Under the pieces are notes generated by a model. The model was not told where the DNA came from. It ran no database searches and saw only the letters and a program-made list of their open reading frames with translations. Made by a program: the position numbers and the translations under genes. Positions 58,976 through 64,000 of a DNA stretch of 64,000 bases are shown in pieces. Numbering within the stretch: the first letter of the stretch is position 1; the number at the start of each line of letters is the position of its first letter. This stretch comes from Patescibacteria group bacterium (GTDB lineage: Bacteria; Patescibacteriota; Patescibacteriia; Patescibacteriales; UBA12465), in NCBI GenBank assembly GCA_034002925.1, contig JAVEZP010000001.1, positions 711-64,710 of the forward strand, read 5' to 3'.

Positions 58976-58979
58976 ATAT

Positions 58980-61286
58980 CTAAAAATTTAAAGATTCTAA
59001 TGATGGTAAAAGATCTACATCGATTAAATTAGCAGCTTGTCTCCAATATTCTTCTGCTTTTTCCCAATCATTCTGCTCCTTAGCTAAGGCTGCTTTTTGT
59101 AAAAGCCAATAGGCTGTTGGCTCACGCTTAAACGCTTGATCTAGATAAGACCAAGCCTCATCGCTATTACCTAATTTAAAGCTGGAGAAAGCCAAAGAAC
59201 GCAAGATCGAAACATCTTCAGGATAAACTTGATAGGCTGCTAAATAATATGCCCTAGCAGCAATATAATCAGATAAAAGCAAATCTGCTTCTGCTAAACG
59301 ACGATAAACAAAAGAATAATAAAAACGTAAATAAATTTCATGTTCGCCAAGCAACCTAGCATCATTTAATGAGGGCAAAAAAGACAAGGCTTGATTATAA
59401 AAAGTTTTAGCCATCGCTGGATCATTTGCAAGGCGGCAATCTCCTTGAGCAATAAATACAGCTGGTCTGTGAGGACTCATATTTTCTAAACGAAAAGCCA
59501 TCTTATCTAAATCTTCACTTTTATTTAAAGAACAACTAATTTGATAATAAGTATATAGATCTTCGTAGTGTTTTAAATTTAATTGCGATAAAATTAACTT
59601 AGCCCTTTGTTGCAATAAACGACTAGTAAATAAATCTAATTTAGGATTGTTAATATCATCTTTAATAAAAGCCGCATAAGCACGTTGATAATATAAGAGA
59701 TAAACTGGCTGACGCCAAGTTTCATTAATATACTCATTCAACAGAGCGGCGGTTGTATATTCTCTATTTAAAGAGGCTTGATATAATTTTAGAAAATAAT
59801 GATCAGCAGCCACAGTATTAAAGGCTAAATAAATTTGTGACAAGGAAAAAGTAATTAAAATAACAACTACAACATATGATGCATATTTAGTCACAAAAAA
59901 TAACTTATCTTTGAAGATAAAATTTTTAAAAATTTTCTGCCAAGTATAAACACGCACATTCTCTTTGGTTAAAATAAAATTAGCCGCTATTATTAAAGCT
60001 GCTAAAACCCAAAAATAAAAAACATTCACAATATCAGCTAAACCAAATAATATACTCAATGAATAAGCCAACATCGCTCCACCCGCAGCAATCGCAAAAG
60101 AACGAGCTGGTTGATGTCTGTATAATCTATACCATTTAAAAATAATATAAATATAAAGGAGTAGATAAGCCAAAAAACCAAAAACTCCTAATTGCAGAAA
60201 ACTATCTATTAAACTGTTATGCAATTTATCAGTATAACCATTAACTTTCATGAAAATAGCCCATTCTGGTTGATATTTTGACACAATTGCTTCTCCTCCG
60301 TTTTCTAAACCAGTGCCAAGTAGAAAATTTTCACTAATTAAACTAGGTGCTATCTGATAAAATGACAAACGTAAACCCAAGCTGCCAGCCTGCCAATTAC
60401 TTATACTCAATAAACGCTGAGATGAAGAAAAGAACAATAAAATAACTAACATTATTACTCCTACACCTGCTAAGATCAATGAGCGCCAACGATAACGACT
60501 CCATAAAGCAACAATAAAGGTCAAAGAAATGCTAATTATTAAAGCTAACCAAGCAGAACGAGAACCACTCATAATTAAGGCCGCTAATTGCAATATTAAA
60601 CTAAGTATAACAATAAAGCGCCAGAAAAATTTATGATAGCGGGTCAATAAATAAGAAGACATAGCCAAGCCAAACAGCAAAAAGGAAGCTAAAAAATTAG
60701 GTTGCCCTAAGGTGGAAATTGATCTATTTAATAATTGTGTCTCTTGCCAAACAATTATATCAAAGCCAAAGAATTGACAAATCGCATAGATAGCTACCAA
60801 AGTTGCACTAACAGACATAAAAATAGCACTATAGAGAACTCCTTGTTGCCATTTAAGCCACGCTCTAGCTGATTCTTCTCCCACAGAAGACCATCTAGCA
60901 ACGTTAATAATAAAATATACAAATAAAGTTAAGTAGAAAAAGACTCCCATTTGTCTTTCATAAGAACCAAAAAAAGACTGGATTGGATTAAAAGAAAAAA
61001 TATTTAGAAACAATAAAACAACAAGAAATAAGCAAACAGGTAATAATTTATACCAAAAAGATAATTGAAAAATAGCTTGATATTTTCTTTTATCTATTTT
61101 CAGAATTAATAAAAATAAAAGTAAATATATTCCTCCCAATAAATACAGCCAAGCACTTTTAAGTAAAGTAAAAGGACTATATAAAGGCAAAAAGACAGCC
61201 ACACTTAAAGGTAAAATTATTAAACTAAAATAGTAAACAAAGTTAAATAAAGCTGTAAAGATGTTATGGTAAAAAAGTTTTTTCAT
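58980..61286 (-). CDS. O-antigen-ligase-like (Wzy_C) polytopic membrane protein with C-terminal TPR repeats
   Basis: About 12 TM helices with a large loop (SGSRSAWLAL...). The C-terminal 300 aa or so carry TPR-like repeats (AMAKTFYNQALSF, ARAYYLAAYQVYPED, SDEAWSYLDQAFKREP). Confidence 0.65.
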   Translation of the reverse strand: MKKLFYHNIFTALFNFVYYFSLIILPLSVAVFLPLYSPFTLLKSAWLYLLGGIYLLLFLLILKIDKRKYQAIFQLSFWYKLLPVCLFLVVLLFLNIFSFNPIQSFFGSYERQMGVFFYLTLFVYFIINVARWSSVGEESARAWLKWQQGVLYSAIFMSVSATLVAIYAICQFFGFDIIVWQETQLLNRSISTLGQPNFLASFLLFGLAMSSYLLTRYHKFFWRFIVILSLILQLAALIMSGSRSAWLALIISISLTFIVALWSRYRWRSLILAGVGVIMLVILLFFSSSQRLLSISNWQAGSLGLRLSFYQIAPSLISENFLLGTGLENGGEAIVSKYQPEWAIFMKVNGYTDKLHNSLIDSFLQLGVFGFLAYLLLYIYIIFKWYRLYRHQPARSFAIAAGGAMLAYSLSILFGLADIVNVFYFWVLAALIIAANFILTKENVRVYTWQKIFKNFIFKDKLFFVTKYASYVVVVILITFSLSQIYLAFNTVAADHYFLKLYQASLNREYTTAALLNEYINETWRQPVYLLYYQRAYAAFIKDDINNPKLDLFTSRLLQQRAKLILSQLNLKHYEDLYTYYQISCSLNKSEDLDKMAFRLENMSPHRPAVFIAQGDCRLANDPAMAKTFYNQALSFLPSLNDARLLGEHEIYLRFYYSFVYRRLAEADLLLSDYIAARAYYLAAYQVYPEDVSILRSLAFSSFKLGNSDEAWSYLDQAFKREPTAYWLLQKAALAKEQNDWEKAEEYWRQAANLIDVDLLPSLESLNF

Positions 61287-61334
61287 AAAATTAAACTATC
61301 TACAGTATAGCATAATAATCTCTTCCATCACTAA

Positions 61335-61362
61335 CAAAAAACCACCCCTCAAGGTGGTTTAA
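61335..61362 (-). terminator. Intrinsic terminator after secF
   Basis: Minus strand reads ACCACC-ttgagg-GGTGGT-TTTTTG. Confidence 0.7.
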
Positions 61363-61381
61363 TGTATATATCAGTCAAAAA

Positions 61382-62284
61382 TTAATTACGTCTTTGCCAC
61401 TTCTCCCAAACTACTAACAGAGGGCTAGCCACAAAAATTGAACTATAAGAACCCGAGAAAATACCAACCATTAATGCTAAAACAAAATCTCTAACCGAAG
61501 CGCCACCCAAGAAGAAAACGGCTAATAAAACCAAAATAGTGGTTAAAGAGGTGTTTATAGATCTTACTAAAGTTTGATTCAAACTATTATGGACAGTGGT
61601 GCTAAAATTATCTGTACTTTTTGGTAAATTTTCTCTAGTGCGATCAAAAACCACAATCGTGTCATTCACACTATAACCCAACACAGTCAACATTGCTACT
61701 ACAAAAGTAGTATTTATTTCTAGACCATAAAATTTTCCTAAAGCCGCAAACACCCCTAAAGTAATCAATAAATCATGAAACAAAGCTATAACTGCAATTA
61801 AGCCATATTTCCAAGAAGCCACTGGCTTAGATACTTTTTGAAAAGCAATCGCAATATAAATAATAATCACAAGTAACACAAAAAACATTAGCCAAAAAGA
61901 TTTACTTCTTAATTCTTGACCAATAGATGGGCCAATAGCCTCAAATCGTAATTCTTCTATACCGCCCTCTGCTTCTGCTAATAAAGACAATTGACTTAAA
62001 ACCGCTTGATGTGAACCTTCATCGCTCTCTTTAAAGCGCAAAATCATGCTATCTTCAGTGGGCTGCACAATTAAACTACTAATAGATAAATCTGACAATT
62101 CAGATTGAATAGCAACTACACTAGGCTGACCACTGGCAAATTTTACTTCCAATAAACTACCACCAGTAAAATCAATGCCAAATTTTAAACCCCACGCAAA
62201 TAAAGCAATAATGGCTGTGGTTACCAACACTGCCGATAAACTTAACCACACGGAGCGATGCTTAATGATATTAAAGTGAATCAT
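61382..62284 (-). CDS. secF: Protein translocase subunit SecF
   Basis: GIDFTGGSLLEV; YSVNDTIVVFDR; 6 TM. Confidence 0.93.
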   Translation of the reverse strand: MIHFNIIKHRSVWLSLSAVLVTTAIIALFAWGLKFGIDFTGGSLLEVKFASGQPSVVAIQSELSDLSISSLIVQPTEDSMILRFKESDEGSHQAVLSQLSLLAEAEGGIEELRFEAIGPSIGQELRSKSFWLMFFVLLVIIIYIAIAFQKVSKPVASWKYGLIAVIALFHDLLITLGVFAALGKFYGLEINTTFVVAMLTVLGYSVNDTIVVFDRTRENLPKSTDNFSTTVHNSLNQTLVRSINTSLTTILVLLAVFFLGGASVRDFVLALMVGIFSGSYSSIFVASPLLVVWEKWQRRN

Positions 62285-62309
62285 ATAGTTATAATCTTGA
62301 TAAGCTTAA

Positions 62310-64000
62310 TTATTTTTTTGCCTTAATTCTTCCTAATAACCAACGATGACGATCAAGCCAGTTACTGTTGAAAACCCTCACTAGAATATAAGTAATAACA
62401 ATGCTACTAAACATGGAAATAGACACACCAATAAATAAGGTAGCGCCAAAACCTTTAATTAAACCTGTGCCAAAACCCATTAAAACAAAACAAGTTAAAA
62501 TAGTAGTAATATTACCATCACGAATAGAAGGCCAAGCTCTTCTAAATCCTTCGTCTAAAGCTACGCCCAGTGGTTTACCTTCTCTTAACTCTTCTTTCAT
62601 TCTCTCAAAAATCAAAATATTAGCGTCTACAGCCATACCGATAGAAAGAATGAAACCAGTAATACCAGCCAATGTTAAAGTGATAGGCTGGTTAGCATAA
62701 TATACCAAGAAAGTTAAAATAATCAAGAAGAATAAAGCTGAAAAAGTACCGTCAAAAATCTTTAAATGATCAAAGACGTTAATAAATAGTATCACTAATA
62801 ATAAAATGAAAAATAAAGCCAACCAAATAGGAGCAGATTTAAAGATTGTCAAAACAGTCATAGCGTAAATAAATAAAGACACGACTGCCATTAATCCCGG
62901 TAAACGATAAAAAAGGATCATAAACAAGGCTACTAAAACAATACCAATCAAGCCAGCCGTAATGCTATTAGCCACTGATTTCTGCCCTAAACTGGCCCCT
63001 ACTGTTTGTTGTCCAACTAAATGAATTGGCACTGGCAAAGCACCTGTATTTAATCTTTGTACTAATAATTTTGCTTCTTGGACATTAAATTGACCAGAAA
63101 TGACTGCTCTGCCATCAGGAATGCGTTCATTAACAGTAGGGACACTAATGGCATAACCATCCAAAAAGATAGCTACCGGTCGACCAACATTACGCTCGGT
63201 AATATCAGCAAACATCTGTGCGCCTTCACTATCAAATTCTAAAGATACTTCTGGAGAGCCATTCTGAGGATTAAATTGCAATACTGCTCTTTCTAAATTC
63301 TTACCAGATAGCTCAGTATTACTCCATGACTCATCTAAATTAATCACTGGTGAAGCATCTTGTAAGGGAAAAGATAATAATTGGGCTCGATAAACAAAAG
63401 TCTCATCTTGACCTTGAAAAGGGTCACTAAAACTCCGTTTTTCTAAAAGCTTCACTATTGCTAGACTATCACCTTGATCAATTAATTGTGTGCTCACCTC
63501 ACCGTTCTGCAGAGCACTTAACACAGATGCTAATTCAGGATTACTTTCATTATTAATATCATCTTTTTCTAATAATTCTGCTTGATATTTTTCTGCTAAT
63601 TGATTTAAATCAGCATTATTTTTAGCTTCTGTTAAAGCGGTTTCAGCTTTAGTTTTCATTTCTTCATTGAAAATAACCGCTTCTTCATTAGATTCAAGAG
63701 TTAGATCTTCTTGATTAAAATTCTGTTCTTTAAATTCTAATAACGGAGTTTCGCCAATTAAACGAATAGCTTCGTTCACATCTTTAATACCTGCTAACTC
63801 GGCAATAATTCTATACTCACCTTGTAAGGTGCGATTAATTTGCACTAATGGTTCACTCACCCCAGCCACATTAACACGTCTTTCAATGATATCTCTTACA
63901 CCTTCTAAGGCGCTGAGCTTTTCTCCGTCTAAAATATTATTTACATCAGCTTCATAAACTAATTGAGTGCCACCTTGTAAATCTAAACCTAACATAAAAC
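62310..64000 (-). CDS. secD: Protein translocase subunit SecD (N-terminus off window)
   Basis: GLDLQGGTQL, GMAVDANILIFERMKEE. The frame is open to the window edge. Confidence 0.92.
   Translation of the reverse strand, partial: FMLGLDLQGGTQLVYEADVNNILDGEKLSALEGVRDIIERRVNVAGVSEPLVQINRTLQGEYRIIAELAGIKDVNEAIRLIGETPLLEFKEQNFNQEDLTLESNEEAVIFNEEMKTKAETALTEAKNNADLNQLAEKYQAELLEKDDINNESNPELASVLSALQNGEVSTQLIDQGDSLAIVKLLEKRSFSDPFQGQDETFVYRAQLLSFPLQDASPVINLDESWSNTELSGKNLERAVLQFNPQNGSPEVSLEFDSEGAQMFADITERNVGRPVAIFLDGYAISVPTVNERIPDGRAVISGQFNVQEAKLLVQRLNTGALPVPIHLVGQQTVGASLGQKSVANSITAGLIGIVLVALFMILFYRLPGLMAVVSLFIYAMTVLTIFKSAPIWLALFFILLLVILFINVFDHLKIFDGTFSALFFLIILTFLVYYANQPITLTLAGITGFILSIGMAVDANILIFERMKEELREGKPLGVALDEGFRRAWPSIRDGNITTILTCFVLMGFGTGLIKGFGATLFIGVSISMFSSIVITYILVRVFNSNWLDRHRWLLGRIKAKK

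Overview
Visibly AT-rich, tightly packed bacterial window, mostly transcribed on the minus strand. It uses the standard genetic code: TGA, TAA and TAG all terminate full-length conserved genes. Gene content and style (short versions of core proteins, weak or absent Shine-Dalgarno sequences, type IV pilus and Sec components, several giant membrane or exported proteins) fit a reduced Patescibacteria/CPR-like genome. That placement is inference only.

Core blocks:
- miaA-miaB
- groES-groEL with a perfect CIRCE operator
- uppP
- a complete F1Fo ATP synthase operon (atpZ-like, then B, E, F, H, A, G, D, C)
- tatD
- a CIRCE-controlled hrcA-grpE-hsp20-dnaK-dnaJ operon
- PBP2
- an OmpR/HK two-component pair
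- ftsE-ftsX
- an RlpA/DD-carboxypeptidase fusion
- tRNA-Gln, tRNA-Gly and tRNA-Thr
- nrdR-nrdD-nrdG with tandem NrdR boxes
- ftsA-ftsZ
- prepilin peptidase
- secD-secF

No rRNA, CRISPR array or transposase was seen.

The accessory part is the left 6.5 kb. A tyrosine recombinase (5723-6535) is divergent from a minus-strand array made of:
- an Ltp-type superinfection-exclusion-like gene
- an exported-protein gene
- a four-gene operon that fuses a type II restriction-modification pair with a minimal CBASS (CdnE-like nucleotidyltransferase plus a 2-TM effector that runs off the window)

The single-gene units are separated by two homologous GC-rich imperfect-palindrome elements, E1 and E2. Their stems differ only by fully compensatory changes. 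Their AAC...GTT termini match across unit boundaries. A strong outward promoter overlaps the recombinase start codon. The Ltp-like gene is also bracketed by a roughly 45-60 bp inverted repeat. Together this looks like an undescribed integron-like or invertible defence-cassette platform, and it is my top candidate.

Other points of interest:
- an NrdD whose glycyl-radical domain sits on a separate 55-aa ORF
- a DUF1653-GrpE fusion
- a micro-ORF plus terminator placed just before the histidine kinase gene
- a decayed RM remnant next to a DUF4143 ATPase
- a frameshifted psiE-like gene
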